A stretch of DNA of 62,932 bases, counting the filler, from Actinomycetota bacterium (lineage in GTDB: Bacteria; Actinomycetota; Actinomycetes; JAKEEW01), in assembly GCA_046725875.1 (NCBI GenBank). It is 6 parts of 6 records of this genome, joined end to end, with 100 filler letters (N's around TTAATTAATTAA, not from the genome) between each part and the next. Parts side by side here need not be neighbours in the genome. Positions count along the whole stretch, not along the records: positions 1 to 11,995 come from JBKOZJ010000049.1; positions 12,096 to 21,659 come from JBKOZJ010000050.1; 4 more parts are not named here. One strand, given 5' to 3'. Each line of letters begins with the position of its first letter. Within the stretch, counting starts at the first letter, position 1. The notes under the pieces were generated by a model, which worked only from the letters and a program-made list of their open reading frames with translations, did no database searches and had not been told where the DNA came from. A program made the translations under genes and the position numbers. This document shows positions 8,855 to 19,219 of the stretch, in pieces.

Positions 8855-11083
8855 CTAGGTCGCTGCGGCCAGGGCGTCGGCGACGGAGAGCAGAGCTTCC
8901 GCCTGCGCAATGAGGCTCTTTGCCTGCTGCTCGTTGATCGCCGCGTTGCCGAGTTCGGCTCGCTCGAGGAGCGTTCGCATCCGGTCAGCGAGTGCATCGC
9001 GTTCCGCGCCGAGCTGCTGAAGTGTGCCCGTGAGCTCGACATAGCGCGCTTCTTCGGTGCTTCTGACCGCGGCGTCGGAGATTTCTATGACGTCGAGGCC
9101 GAACCGCCCGAGCGGCGCGTTGATCTGTTTGTACGCGGCTCCCAGCCGTTCGAGCGTTTCCCTGTGCGCCCGTAGCGATTGCGGGACCGCTTTCGCGCCG
9201 AGGATCTCGGTGATCACGCGGCCGTCGTGGCTGTAGTCGTCACGGAGCCCGCTGAGCGTCAGGACTGTCGGTCGCAGGTCGGTATGGTCGACCCAGGTCC
9301 CGTCGTCGCCCCGGCGCGGGACGCCGGGGCCGACAAAGCCGGCCCAGACGCGAACAATGTCCGGGGTGTAACCGCCGTGGTTCCAAGCGAAGGTGGAATG
9401 CGACCACGAACCCGGCGCCGTCACACACGGGCTGGTGCAGCTCGCCGCACCCGTGAACCCGAAGTAGTCGTCGTTGAGGAAGTCGACGAAGGTCGGCGTG
9501 CGCAGCGGATCACCCGTGATCATGTGCAGCGGATCCATGCCGACGCGGTCGACGAGCTTGTCTGAGACGCGCTCGTCCTGGCCCGTGATCGGGTTGACGG
9601 CCGTGAGTGAGCCGACGTCGCGTTCGAACTGGCGGGTGACGGCTGCGTCAGGTGGCGGGTTGCCGTCGAGGTAGAAGGCGGGCGCCATGTCCGCGTGCAC
9701 CTGGAATGGTGTCGTATTGCCCTTCTGGGTGGCCAGGAGCCCGCGGAGGTTGGCGTTCACCTCCGTGACGTTGTGAGCGCAGTCGGCGCCGGTCGTCGGC
9801 GGGCAGTCCACGTGCGTCCATTCGCAGGGCGTGGTGACGCCATCGCAGCCGGAGTTGACTGGGGTGCCGCCGACGAAGTGATCCTCCTCCTCAGTGGTGA
9901 TCACGAACAGGGTGTTATCCCGGGTGATCCCATCGCGCTCGAGCCGCGTGAAGAAATCCGCGAACGCGCGGTCGTAGTCGCGAAGCTGCTGCACGTAGCC
10001 GGCCTCGCCGGGGCCGTACGACTTGTGGATCTCGCCGGCGACGCCATGGTTGTCGTGGGCGTCCGAGATGTAGCCAAACGTGACCGGCACCCCATGCTCC
10101 TGCATCTGGGCGACGTAGGAGAGTGTCACCGCCGGGAACATACCGTCGAAGCCGGGGAAGCCAACGTGGCCGCTCGCGTCCTGGATGACATTTCCATAGA
10201 GATCCTTCAGCGGCAGGCTCTCGGCGATCTGCGGCGCCACGTACTTGTGCCCGAACAGCGCTTGGTAGTCGTCGTAGCCGCCGGGCTCGTCGGGCAGCAG
10301 GTCCGGGCGGCCATGGTTCTGGGCCGAGCACATGCTCGCACCCTTCGCACAGTGGACGGCGACCCCGACGAAGTCGGCGAAGGCCTGTCCAGGATTCGAC
10401 GCGACCTCTTCCGCCTCGGGCGAGCCGGCTCCGAACACTTTGGGCACGTCCGGGCCGATGTTCTCGAGCACCGTGTTCGCGGTGGCAACGGCCCCCCAGT
10501 TGCAGCCCGCGCGGGTGAACGGCACCCACGGGGCGGGATCGTTTCGCCCATCGGCAGTGATCATGTTGTAGCTCGTGTCGGTCGGGCTCGACGTCGTTGG
10601 GTCGAAGACGGAGTCCGTCCAGTAGGCGAACGAGACGCCCACGCCGGTCGTCCCGTCCGGCTTGTAGTAGCGGTAGCTGTTCGAGACCGGCTGGCCCTGG
10701 CGGTCGGGATAGAGGCTGGTCAGCGAGGTCAGGATCCCGTTCGCGGTGTGCGAGACCAGCACCGTGTGGTCATTCGTAAGCAGCGTCCCGTTGCCCCTGA
10801 TGAAGTCCAGCAGATGCGGCATCTGCTCCAAGTCGGACGGCACGTTTGGCAGATTCCGCTGGAAGTGAACATTGTCGAACTGGAGGTAGATCACGTGCTT
10901 GATCGGCCCATCGCCGACGACAGTGCCATCTTGGCATCGGAGTGCTGGAAACCCGGCCAGGCCCGGCGGGCCAGTGCTCGTGGACGAGCCCGACCGGGGG
11001 CCCTGTGCACCATAGGCCGGGCCGATGCTCGTTGCGGCGAGACCTACGAGAGCTAAGGCAAGCAAGAGTCTGTGCTTCTTCAT
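8855..11083 (-). CDS. secreted protein, probable alkaline-phosphatase/phosphoesterase superfamily
   Basis: AGGAGG RBS, signal peptide MKKHRLLLALALVGLAA..., IKHVIYLQFDNVH, SDAHD, EEEDHF, DHTDLRPT and HDGR motifs. Confidence 0.65.
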   Translation of the reverse strand: MKKHRLLLALALVGLAATSIGPAYGAQGPRSGSSTSTGPPGLAGFPALRCQDGTVVGDGPIKHVIYLQFDNVHFQRNLPNVPSDLEQMPHLLDFIRGNGTLLTNDHTVLVSHTANGILTSLTSLYPDRQGQPVSNSYRYYKPDGTTGVGVSFAYWTDSVFDPTTSSPTDTSYNMITADGRNDPAPWVPFTRAGCNWGAVATANTVLENIGPDVPKVFGAGSPEAEEVASNPGQAFADFVGVAVHCAKGASMCSAQNHGRPDLLPDEPGGYDDYQALFGHKYVAPQIAESLPLKDLYGNVIQDASGHVGFPGFDGMFPAVTLSYVAQMQEHGVPVTFGYISDAHDNHGVAGEIHKSYGPGEAGYVQQLRDYDRAFADFFTRLERDGITRDNTLFVITTEEEDHFVGGTPVNSGCDGVTTPCEWTHVDCPPTTGADCAHNVTEVNANLRGLLATQKGNTTPFQVHADMAPAFYLDGNPPPDAAVTRQFERDVGSLTAVNPITGQDERVSDKLVDRVGMDPLHMITGDPLRTPTFVDFLNDDYFGFTGAASCTSPCVTAPGSWSHSTFAWNHGGYTPDIVRVWAGFVGPGVPRRGDDGTWVDHTDLRPTVLTLSGLRDDYSHDGRVITEILGAKAVPQSLRAHRETLERLGAAYKQINAPLGRFGLDVIEISDAAVRSTEEARYVELTGTLQQLGAERDALADRMRTLLERAELGNAAINEQQAKSLIAQAEALLSVADALAAAT

Positions 11084-11269
11084 GGGTCCCTCCTTCTTTC
11101 GCGGCCCCGTGAATGCGTTCGTAGTGAACACTTGATACTCGTGTCAAGGCTTGCGGCAAGGACTGTAGTCGGGGCTTGAGAAACTGGTGATTATTGCGCC
11201 GTCAGGCAGCCGACTGTCCCGCCGAACGCTGATCATCTCAACGGGCGGCGGCCGCGGCGGCCGATAAAG

Positions 11270-11473
11270 TCAGGTCACAAGGGTGAGTGCGACCAACGGG
11301 CACTGGACGATCGCCTGGTCGGCATGTCCGCGCAGCTCCCGTATGATCTCCGGCTCACGAGAGCCGTCGAGCGGGATCGGATACCCCCACTGGTCGCGGC
11401 CGAGCAGCTCAGGGAGCAACTCCGTACATAGGCCACGCCCGTCGCAGCGGGTGCAGTCGATGTGGAGCCTCAT
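11270..11473 (-). CDS. ferredoxin
   Basis: IDCTRCDGRGLC...QCPLVAL; ATGA overlap with upstream NuoF-like gene. Confidence 0.85.
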   Translation of the reverse strand: MRLHIDCTRCDGRGLCTELLPELLGRDQWGYPIPLDGSREPEIIRELRGHADQAIVQCPLVALTLVT

Positions 11474-11995
11474 CTCGCGGCCTCCGGCGCTGCGGCGCAC
11501 CGTCCGTGCAGGTGCAGATCGATCTCGGCGGAGAACGTGCGAAGCATGCTGCCTACCAGGCGAGTCGTTCCATCTGGGTGCTGGCAAGCTCCCCTACCCG
11601 GCAGCAGCCGGCGGAGCTGGTCCACCTGGGCGCGCAGCTCAGGGTTCCGCTCTCCCGCCGCGATCCGGTTGATGAGCCAGGCGAGGTGGGGCAGGCCGTT
11701 GAGACATGGCCCGCACTGGTGGGCGCTCTGCAAGGCCAGGTAGTCGACGATGCGGGCGGTCGCAACCAGGCCACAAGCGACGCGGGGCAACGCGATCAGC
11801 ACGCCAGCGCCGGGTGAGGCGCCAAACTTGCCGAGATCCGCAGCGGATAGACGCCAGCCGGTGATCGCTGGGATCCAGGCGCCGTGGTAGCCGCCGACCA
11901 GGAGCGCCTGCAGCGGCTCGCTCGGCCCGCCGCCGGTGTCGAGCACCGCGGCTATCGGCGAACCAATGGAGACATCACACACTCCCGGCGCCGTG
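11470..11995 (-). CDS. NuoF-like NADH dehydrogenase Fe-S binding domain protein (5' partial)
   Basis: LVGGYHGAW, SAHQCGPCLNGL, GRGACQHPDG 4Fe-4S motifs; runs into contig end. Confidence 0.85.
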
Positions 11996-12095
11996 NNNNN
12001 NNNNNNNNNNNNNNNNNNNNNNNNNNNNNNNNNNNNNNNTTAATTAATTAANNNNNNNNNNNNNNNNNNNNNNNNNNNNNNNNNNNNNNNNNNNN
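11996..12095. other. artificial contig linker (also 21660-21759, 33719-33818, 46360-46459, 58439-58538)
   Basis: N runs flanking TTAATTAATTAA (stops in all six frames), 100 nt each. Confidence 0.98.
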
Positions 12096-12565
12096 ACCTG
12101 CTGGCGTTCCACGAGCTCTACCGCCTCACCTCGGAACGGGATCGGTTCAGCGGCCGCCCATTGACGTACTTCCAGAAGATGTATGCCGCGCTCAGCGACG
12201 AGGCGCCCGACCGCATCCGGCTCTACCTCGCGAAGCACGAAGGCGAGACGCTGGCGGCAACGATATGGGTACGGGTGGGCAACCACGTCTGGTATTCGTA
12301 TGGCGCCTCCGCGAGCCACAAACGGGATGTACGGCCGAGCAACGCGATCCAGTGGCAGATGCTCAAGGACGCCTACGCCGCCGGCGCGGACGTCTACGAC
12401 ATGCGCGGGATCAGCGACACCCTCGACGAAAGCGATAACCTCTTCGGCCTCATCCAGTTCAAGCTCGGCACCGGCGGCCAGGCGGTCGAGTACGTCGGCG
12501 AATGGGACCTGCCGCTGAACAAGCTGCTCTACCGGGCCTTCGATGCGTACATGGCGGTTCGCTGA
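12096..12565 (+). CDS. FemABX-family peptidoglycan bridge aminoacyltransferase (5' partial)
   Basis: WYSYGAS, RPSNAIQW, YDMRGI, GLIQFKLGTGG, EYVGEWD. Confidence 0.9.
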
Positions 12566-12568
12566 CCC

Positions 12569-13603
12569 ATGCTCACCTTGCACGTCGACACGGCCGCGTG
12601 GCGCGCACACCAGAAGGTCGTACTCGCCGACCATCCGGGACTCGTGCCGGTTGCGAAGGGCAACGGCTACGGATTCGGCAATGCACGACTCGCCGCCGAG
12701 GCAGCCCTGCTGGGAGTCGACGCGATCGCCGTCGGCACCGTGACCGAAATCCCCGACGTTGTGCCGGTCAGCGACTTCCCCCACGTCTTCGTGCTCACGC
12801 CGTGGTACCCGGGCGAGCCGAGCCGCCCCGCCGTTCGAGCGAGCGTTGTCCGGACCGTCGGCTCGGTCGACGGCCTGCGAACGTTGCGGGATCACCGGGT
12901 GGTCGTCGAATGTCGTACATCGCTTCGCCGGCACGGCATCGGCTACCAGGACCTCGGCGAGGTCGCGCGGTACGTCGAGGGGGTGCGGCTCGACGGCTGG
13001 GCGGTGCACATGCCGCTCGACCGGGCCACCGGCGCGAACCCGGAGCGTGAGGTCGTGCAGTGGGTGGAGACGCTGCGAGCGGGCGCGTTGCCCGTGTCCA
13101 CGGTGTACGTCAGCCACCTCATGGCGGCCGAGATCGGTAACCTGCGGCAGCGGTTCCCCGACGTAGCCTTCCGCCCCCGCATCGGCACGCAGCTGTGGCT
13201 CGGCGACCGATCGTTCTTCCAAGCCCGCGGCACGGTGCTCGACGTGATCCGGGTAGCAAAGGGCGACCGGTTCGGCTACCGGCAACGCGAGGCGCCGTCG
13301 GACGGCCACCTGGTCGTGGTGAGCGGCGGGACAAGCCACGGGATCGGGTTGGAGGCGCCGAAGTCAGTGTCCGGGACGGTCCGCCGCGCGAGGGTCGTCG
13401 CCGCGGCCGGCCTCGCGTCCATGAACCGCAATATGTCGCCGTTCAGCTGGCAGGGAAAGCACCGCTGGTTTGCCGAGCCACCGCACATGCAAGTAAGTCT
13501 CCTGTGGCTGCCGTCCGACATTGCCCCGCCGGCCACCGGGGAGGAGCTCCCCGTCGAGGTCCGAATGACCACCACTATCTTCGACGAGGTCCGGCTCGAC
13601 TAG
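12569..13603 (+). CDS. alanine racemase N-terminal domain protein
   Basis: LVPVAKGNGYGFG PLP-lysine motif; follows femX-like gene as in Streptomyces-type loci. Confidence 0.8.
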   Translation: MLTLHVDTAAWRAHQKVVLADHPGLVPVAKGNGYGFGNARLAAEAALLGVDAIAVGTVTEIPDVVPVSDFPHVFVLTPWYPGEPSRPAVRASVVRTVGSVDGLRTLRDHRVVVECRTSLRRHGIGYQDLGEVARYVEGVRLDGWAVHMPLDRATGANPEREVVQWVETLRAGALPVSTVYVSHLMAAEIGNLRQRFPDVAFRPRIGTQLWLGDRSFFQARGTVLDVIRVAKGDRFGYRQREAPSDGHLVVVSGGTSHGIGLEAPKSVSGTVRRARVVAAAGLASMNRNMSPFSWQGKHRWFAEPPHMQVSLLWLPSDIAPPATGEELPVEVRMTTTIFDEVRLD

Positions 13604-13616
13604 CACCAGCCGGCAG

Positions 13617-15044
13617 TTAGCCCCGCGGGAGGACCAGGTAGTCGGGGGCGTGGTCCAATACGCCTCCCGAAGGGTCGTCCGAGCCGTCGGCCCGCACCGG
13701 GTCGAATTCCGGACGCATGATGTCCCGGATCACCATGCTGGCGAAGTAGAGCGTCCCGAGGATGTGAACGATGATCGCGATCCAGTAGAACTGTTCCTTG
13801 AGGCCGCGCCCGTTCGCCACACCTTCGAGGAGGTAGAGGAACACCCCGAAGTAGTACAGGACCTCGCAGGTCTGCCAGATCAGGAAGTCTCGCCACCGCG
13901 GCCGGGCCAGTACGGCGAGTGGGACGAGCCAGATCGCATACTGCGGCGAGTACACCTTTATCGAAAGCGCAAACGCTGCCACGACGAGGAACGCAAGCGA
14001 GGCAAACCGCGGCCGCCGCGGCGCGGCAAGTCCGAGCCAGGCGATGCCAAAGCACAGCAGGACGAACGTTCCGATCCACACCGTATTCAGGGTGCCAACG
14101 TCAACGTCCCAGCCGGCCTGGGTGAGGACCAACCAGATGCTGCCTAGGTCGGCCCCACGGTCCTTGCTGAAGATGTAGAAGTGCTCCCAACCGTCCCAAG
14201 CGACCGCCATCACCGGGACATTGACAATGAGCCACGCGGCGGCCGCACCGGCGAGCGTGGTGGCGTACTCTCGCAACCGGCCGGCCCGCAGGCAGAGGAT
14301 GAAGAGGGGTCCAAGCACGACGGCGGGATACAGCTTCGTGGCGGTGGCGAGGCCGATCAGGATGCCGGCCAGCGCCGGTTTTCGTCGCGACCAGGCGAGC
14401 ATGCCCAGCGCGAGCAGCGCGACCGCCGCGAGATCCCAGTTGATCGTACTGGCCAGGATGATGACCGGAGCGGATGCAGCCATCACCCCGTCCCACGGTC
14501 TTCGCCCCGCCGTGCGGACCGTCGCCCAGATCGCAATTGCCGCGGCTATGAGCATGAGCCAGGCGTTGATGTCGTAGAACCGGCCCGCCTCGTCGTCGAC
14601 CGTGCCGGCACTGGTAGCCCTGGTCGCGAAGGCGCTGAACGTCATGATCGCGCCGCTCAGGACGGGGTACTCGAGCTGCTCCCAGCTCCCCTGGTCTATG
14701 TACGGGACCGCGCGCTGCGCGAAACCACGCAGCCGGTACATGTGCGGTATGTCGCTGTAGCACGCGTGTGCGTAGACGACCTGGTTCGACACCGTCCAAT
14801 TGGAGTCGCGGCAGTACGACATGCGGGCAATGCCGAGGCCCGCCGTCACGATGACCACGGCCAGGGCAATCCGCAGCGGCGTCCACCAGTTGGCCCCGAC
14901 CCGGGCGCGGCGGCCGAGCGGGCCACCGATCGCGCCGCTGGCCTGCCGGACGAGCGGGTCGTCCCCGGTCGGCGCGACGACGTCCGGCTCGTCCGGCACC
15001 TTCCGATGCCGGGCCGGCACCGCGACATCCTGGTCTAGCGACAC
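13617..15044 (-). CDS. GT87 (DUF2029) integral membrane glycosyltransferase
   Basis: CYSDI, LEYPVL, INWDL, KLYP, VYSPQY motifs; many TM helices. Confidence 0.88.
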   Translation of the reverse strand: MSLDQDVAVPARHRKVPDEPDVVAPTGDDPLVRQASGAIGGPLGRRARVGANWWTPLRIALAVVIVTAGLGIARMSYCRDSNWTVSNQVVYAHACYSDIPHMYRLRGFAQRAVPYIDQGSWEQLEYPVLSGAIMTFSAFATRATSAGTVDDEAGRFYDINAWLMLIAAAIAIWATVRTAGRRPWDGVMAASAPVIILASTINWDLAAVALLALGMLAWSRRKPALAGILIGLATATKLYPAVVLGPLFILCLRAGRLREYATTLAGAAAAWLIVNVPVMAVAWDGWEHFYIFSKDRGADLGSIWLVLTQAGWDVDVGTLNTVWIGTFVLLCFGIAWLGLAAPRRPRFASLAFLVVAAFALSIKVYSPQYAIWLVPLAVLARPRWRDFLIWQTCEVLYYFGVFLYLLEGVANGRGLKEQFYWIAIIVHILGTLYFASMVIRDIMRPEFDPVRADGSDDPSGGVLDHAPDYLVLPRG

Positions 15045-15244
15045 CTTTGCCCCTCGGCCGCCGTTCTTGATCGTGCTCCGTTGAGTTCGCCTGGATGGAC
15101 CGGGTGGTGCGCCAGGCAGCCGGTATCCCCGCCGGAACGTGCGGACGACGGTATCGCGGGTGCTCCGCGGACGCCCGCCAAGGTCCGCTCGCGCTGGGCG
15201 AGGCGAGAGGCTCGGCGTGCCGGCCAGTGGCTTGGGTTGTTCTG

Positions 15245-17734
15245 CTAGGGCCTGTCGCCCTCCGGTGTCGGCGACGGCAGGGTGGACGGCGGGATCGTAC
15301 AGTTCGGCGGGCAGTGGTTGCTTCCGCCGCCGTTGCCTCCGCCGGGTGGGTTGCTGGGCGGCAGTGTGGTCGGCGGCGGCGCGGTGTATGGGAAGCTCTG
15401 CACCACGTTGCGCCCGCTGTCGTCGTAGTCGGGGAATGTCTCCTTCGGCTCCTTACCATCCAGCGCTGCGGTCATGAAGTCCACCCAGGTGTCGGCCGGG
15501 AAAGAGCCACCATAGACGTGGCCGATGCCACCGTAGCCACGGAGGTCGTACCGCTTGCCCTTGGCGATGTCCTGCCGGAAGATCGCGACCGTGGTCGAGA
15601 TCTGGCCGGGGACGTAGCCTGCGAACCAGGCTGTCTCCTCCTCGTGAGTTCCGGTCTTGGCGGCCACGTCGAAGCCGTTGTCCTCGAGGACTCTCGCCTT
15701 GGTCGCAGTACCTGAGCCGCCGTCCACAGCCTGCTTGAGCGCGTAGTCGACACCCGCGACCTGATCGGTGGTGAAGACGTCCGGCCTCGGGGTGTGGCGC
15801 TTCAGTGGGACGGGTGTGCCATCCGGATAGGTCGCCTTCTCGATAATGTGCCACTGCGCGCGGGTGCCGCCGGCCGCGAACGTGGCATAGGCGTTAGCTA
15901 GATCCGCCGGAGTAGTCGACCTCGAGCCGATCACACCGCTCGCGTCGAAGGTCGCCAAGTCCCTCCTCGGAATGCCCGCGTCGATCGCGGCCTGCTTAAC
16001 CCGGTCCAGCCCGATCGCCTTGGTCGCCGCGTCGATGAAGGCCGTGTTGATCGAGCGCTCCGTCGCCTTCAGGAGATTTACCTGGCCGTAGTCGCGCTCG
16101 TCCTCGTTCTCGATGGGCTTGCTGCCGTCTTCGAACTCGTAGGGACTATTACCGTCGAAGGCGTTGCGCTCGAGAGAGAGGTTTAGCTCGGGCTCGAGTG
16201 CCGCGGCGAGCGTGAAGATCTTGAACGCGGATCCAGGCTGGACCTTGCCTTGGAGCGAGACGTCGAAGGCCTGATCGAGGTAGTCGGGACCACCGTAGGA
16301 CGCGAGCAAGCGGCCGGTTCCGGGCTCTACCGCAGCGAGTGCCACCTGCACGTTCTTCGCATCTACCGGCTGCTGGTTGTCCTCGACCGCCTCCTGAGCG
16401 ACCTTCTGGAGCTTGGGGTCGATGGTGAGTGTGATGCGAAGCCCACCGGTATCGATCGTCTGGTCGTCGATCCCGGCCTCTTTGAGCTCCCGCTTGACTT
16501 GCTCGATGAAGTAGCCCTTCTGCCCCGCATAGCGGTTCTTGGTGTCGTACCCCGCAATCGTCGGGAATCTCGCCTTGGCCGCTTTCTCCGGTGCGAGCGC
16601 GCCCATCTCCACCATGCCGTCGAGGACGTAGTGCCAGCGTTCCTTCAGCCGGGCCATACCCGCCTTGGTCTTCGGCGAGTAGAGGCCCTCGGGTGACCGC
16701 AGAAGTGCGGCGAGGACCGCGCTCTGCTGGACAGTCAGCTTCTCGGCGCTCCGTCTGAAGTAGACCTGCGCAGCCGCCTCGACGCCGTAGGCACCGCGGC
16801 CGAAGTAAGCAGCGTTCAGGTAATCCTCGAGAATCTGCTGCTTCGTGTAACGCTGCTCGAGCTTGATCGAGATGAAGAGCTCCCGGACCTTACGGCTGAG
16901 CGTCTCTTCGGAGTCGGTGAAGGCGAGTTTGGCGTACTGCTGGGTGATCGTGGAGCCGCCCTGGGTGTCCCCACCGCGGAGATTGTTGATGAACGCCCGG
17001 GTAATGCCGGTCGGTGAGAATCCCTTGTCCTGGTAGAAAGTCCGGTTCTCGGCGGCGAGGACGGCGTTCTGCAGGTGGTCGGGCATCTTCGCGATCGAGA
17101 TTTCGACCCGGTTGGTCGGGCCGAGCCGCGCCATCTCCTGGCCGTTGGGCCAGTAGATGATTGTGGCCTGCCGGTCGAGGGTTTCGTTCACCGCGGACGG
17201 GTCGGGCAGGTCGGTCATCTCGTACATGACGACGAAGCCGACCATCAGCGACAATACGAAGGCGATCGCCAGCCCGGTGACGAGCTTCCAGGAGGGCACC
17301 AATCGCATGACCCCGGTCTTGCCGGCCCGCGGGTAGTCGATCCAGCGCCGCTTGACCGGCGGCCCGGCCGGAGCCTGCCGCCCTCGATTGTCGGGATTGT
17401 GTGGCCCGCGGGGCCCACCCGGAGCCCCGCGGCTTCCCGGGCCACCGGGTCCCGCTGGCCCGCCCGGACCCATCGGACCTCCCGGCACATCTCTGGGTAC
17501 ATCCGCGCGCGGGTGGTGCGGCGCGGGCCACCGCTTCTTGATCGGCTCCGGAATCGGCGGCGGCTTGGCGCCGGGACCGTAGGTGGTCGCCGGACCATAG
17601 GAGTTGTCCGCCGCCAGGTCCGACATTAAGGCGACGGCGTCGTGAGAGTGCGGACCGCCTCCCTGGGGCTCTGCGGGCCGCTGGCCGGGGAGGCGGTGCT
17701 CTGCTCTAGAAGGTGGTCGACGGTGTTCGGTCAT
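15245..17734 (-). CDS. ponA: class A penicillin-binding protein (transglycosylase/transpeptidase)
   Basis: AAENRTF, QGGSTITQQY, YLNAAYFGRG; SAFK, SIN, KTG motifs; Pro-rich termini. Confidence 0.9.
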   Translation of the reverse strand: MTEHRRPPSRAEHRLPGQRPAEPQGGGPHSHDAVALMSDLAADNSYGPATTYGPGAKPPPIPEPIKKRWPAPHHPRADVPRDVPGGPMGPGGPAGPGGPGSRGAPGGPRGPHNPDNRGRQAPAGPPVKRRWIDYPRAGKTGVMRLVPSWKLVTGLAIAFVLSLMVGFVVMYEMTDLPDPSAVNETLDRQATIIYWPNGQEMARLGPTNRVEISIAKMPDHLQNAVLAAENRTFYQDKGFSPTGITRAFINNLRGGDTQGGSTITQQYAKLAFTDSEETLSRKVRELFISIKLEQRYTKQQILEDYLNAAYFGRGAYGVEAAAQVYFRRSAEKLTVQQSAVLAALLRSPEGLYSPKTKAGMARLKERWHYVLDGMVEMGALAPEKAAKARFPTIAGYDTKNRYAGQKGYFIEQVKRELKEAGIDDQTIDTGGLRITLTIDPKLQKVAQEAVEDNQQPVDAKNVQVALAAVEPGTGRLLASYGGPDYLDQAFDVSLQGKVQPGSAFKIFTLAAALEPELNLSLERNAFDGNSPYEFEDGSKPIENEDERDYGQVNLLKATERSINTAFIDAATKAIGLDRVKQAAIDAGIPRRDLATFDASGVIGSRSTTPADLANAYATFAAGGTRAQWHIIEKATYPDGTPVPLKRHTPRPDVFTTDQVAGVDYALKQAVDGGSGTATKARVLEDNGFDVAAKTGTHEEETAWFAGYVPGQISTTVAIFRQDIAKGKRYDLRGYGGIGHVYGGSFPADTWVDFMTAALDGKEPKETFPDYDDSGRNVVQSFPYTAPPPTTLPPSNPPGGGNGGGSNHCPPNCTIPPSTLPSPTPEGDRP

Positions 17735-17740
17735 TCAGGG

Positions 17741-18145
17741 CTACTCCTCGGCGGCGCGCCGGCGCCTGGCCGGCGTACGCGGGACTCCGTCGCCCAGGAC
17801 GTAGGAGGAGACCAGGTGGTTCCAGCCACAACCTTGGCAGACTTCCACGACGTACACACGGAATTCGCCATGTTCGCGCGCCATCGGCTCGAGCTCCTTG
17901 GTGGCCCGGATGCGGCCGGAGTACGGCCCAAGCTCATCGCCGAAGACATACGTCACGTGGGTCAGCTTCTCCCTGCGGCAAACCGGGCAGTCGCGCGTGG
18001 ACGGCTCGCCGTGGTGCTTCGCGGCCCGGAGGAGATAAGGGTCGGCGTCGCAAACGTCGGTCGTTGTAACGCCGCCCTGGAACAGCGCGGTCAGCGTCGC
18101 TCGCCGCTGAAGCGAGTAGTCGACATACCCGCGCTGAGACCACAT
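17741..18145 (-). CDS. DUF5318 family protein
   Basis: VDYSLQRRA, CDADPYLLRAA, CPVC, VEVCQGCGWNHL; conserved position upstream of ponA. Confidence 0.88.
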   Translation of the reverse strand: MWSQRGYVDYSLQRRATLTALFQGGVTTTDVCDADPYLLRAAKHHGEPSTRDCPVCRREKLTHVTYVFGDELGPYSGRIRATKELEPMAREHGEFRVYVVEVCQGCGWNHLVSSYVLGDGVPRTPARRRRAAEE

Positions 18146-18388
18146 GGCTGCCAGAGTACGCGGTTCTGCCGTGACCCATCGAGCGCCTGCGTCGCCGCTT
18201 TACGTCCAGTAGCGGCGCCATACGCCTAGCAACGCAGCTTTACGGCAAGTACAGGCCCTCCGTTGCCCGGTTTGTCCGTTCCGCACTCGGCCGCCGGGCC
18301 TGAAGCGGCGCTGTTGGGCGTAACGAGGCGAGGACGGATCAGTGGATCAGTTCAGTTAACCTCTTGGCCACTTCGCCGCCGACTGGGC

Positions 18389-18445
18389 TTGACCCGGTGG
18401 ACGATCTTTGCGTATCGTCTCGATGTATCGGTTCGATACATCGAG
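18389..18445 (+). promoter_or_regulatory. padR-ino1 promoter with palindromic operator
   Basis: TTGACC-N18-TATCGT directly followed by perfect CTCGATGTATCG-GTT-CGATACATCGAG. Confidence 0.75.
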
Positions 18446-18578
18446 GCGACAGACGCCGCCAGCAGGCTTGATCTCGCAACCTTTACCGCCGATGTCGATC
18501 TTCCTGTACGGATGCGAGCAAGAGCAATGACCCGCGGCGTGAACGTACACCATGACCATGCGAGGGGTGCAGCAGAAG

Positions 18579-19202
18579 ATGGGCAAACGCGCCGGCGTGT
18601 TGGAAATCGCCGTGCTCGGCCTGCTGCAAGAGTCGCCGATGCACGGCTACGAGCTACGAAAGCGGCTCAACAGCCTGCTCGGCACTTTTCGCGCGTTCTC
18701 CTACGGGTCGCTCTACCCGTGCCTGAAGGATCTGCTGGCCAGGGGGTGGATCGCCGAGGACGGACCGGCCGATGCCGGTGCGCCGGCGCTGTCTGGAAGG
18801 CGGGCAAAGATCGTTTATCGGATCACGGCCGAGGGCAAAGACCGCTTCCACATGCTGCTCGGCGAGTCCGGGCCGCAGACCTGGGAGGACGACGACCACT
18901 TCGGAGTGCACTTCGCGTTCTTCGCCAAGACAGAGGCCGAGGTGCGGCTGCGCATTCTCGAGGGGCGGCGCCGTCGCCTCGAGGAGCGGCTCGACCACGT
19001 GCGCGCATCCATCACCCGCACCCGCGAGCGGCTGGACAGCTACACACTCGAGCTGCAGCGGCACGGCCTTGAGTCGGTCGAGCGCGAGGTTCGCTGGCTG
19101 AATGAGCTGATCGACTCCGAGCGGGCGAGCGTCGCCGCCGCTCGCGCCGTACACAAATCCCCCAAAGAGACGCCGGGCCCCCTGCCCGGGTCCCCCTCAT
19201 AG
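18579..19202 (+). CDS. PadR family transcriptional regulator (Rv0047c-like)
   Basis: [31 protein letters not shown]; precedes ino1. Confidence 0.9.
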   Translation: MGKRAGVLEIAVLGLLQESPMHGYELRKRLNSLLGTFRAFSYGSLYPCLKDLLARGWIAEDGPADAGAPALSGRRAKIVYRITAEGKDRFHMLLGESGPQTWEDDDHFGVHFAFFAKTEAEVRLRILEGRRRRLEERLDHVRASITRTRERLDSYTLELQRHGLESVEREVRWLNELIDSERASVAAARAVHKSPKETPGPLPGSPS

Positions 19203-19219
19203 AAACAGGAGCAGCCGGA

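Noticed and set aside
11996..12095. TTAATTAATTAA palindromes in N runs (five times)
   Set aside because: Artificial scaffolding linkers; ORFs crossing them and cross-contig gene neighbourhoods are not biological
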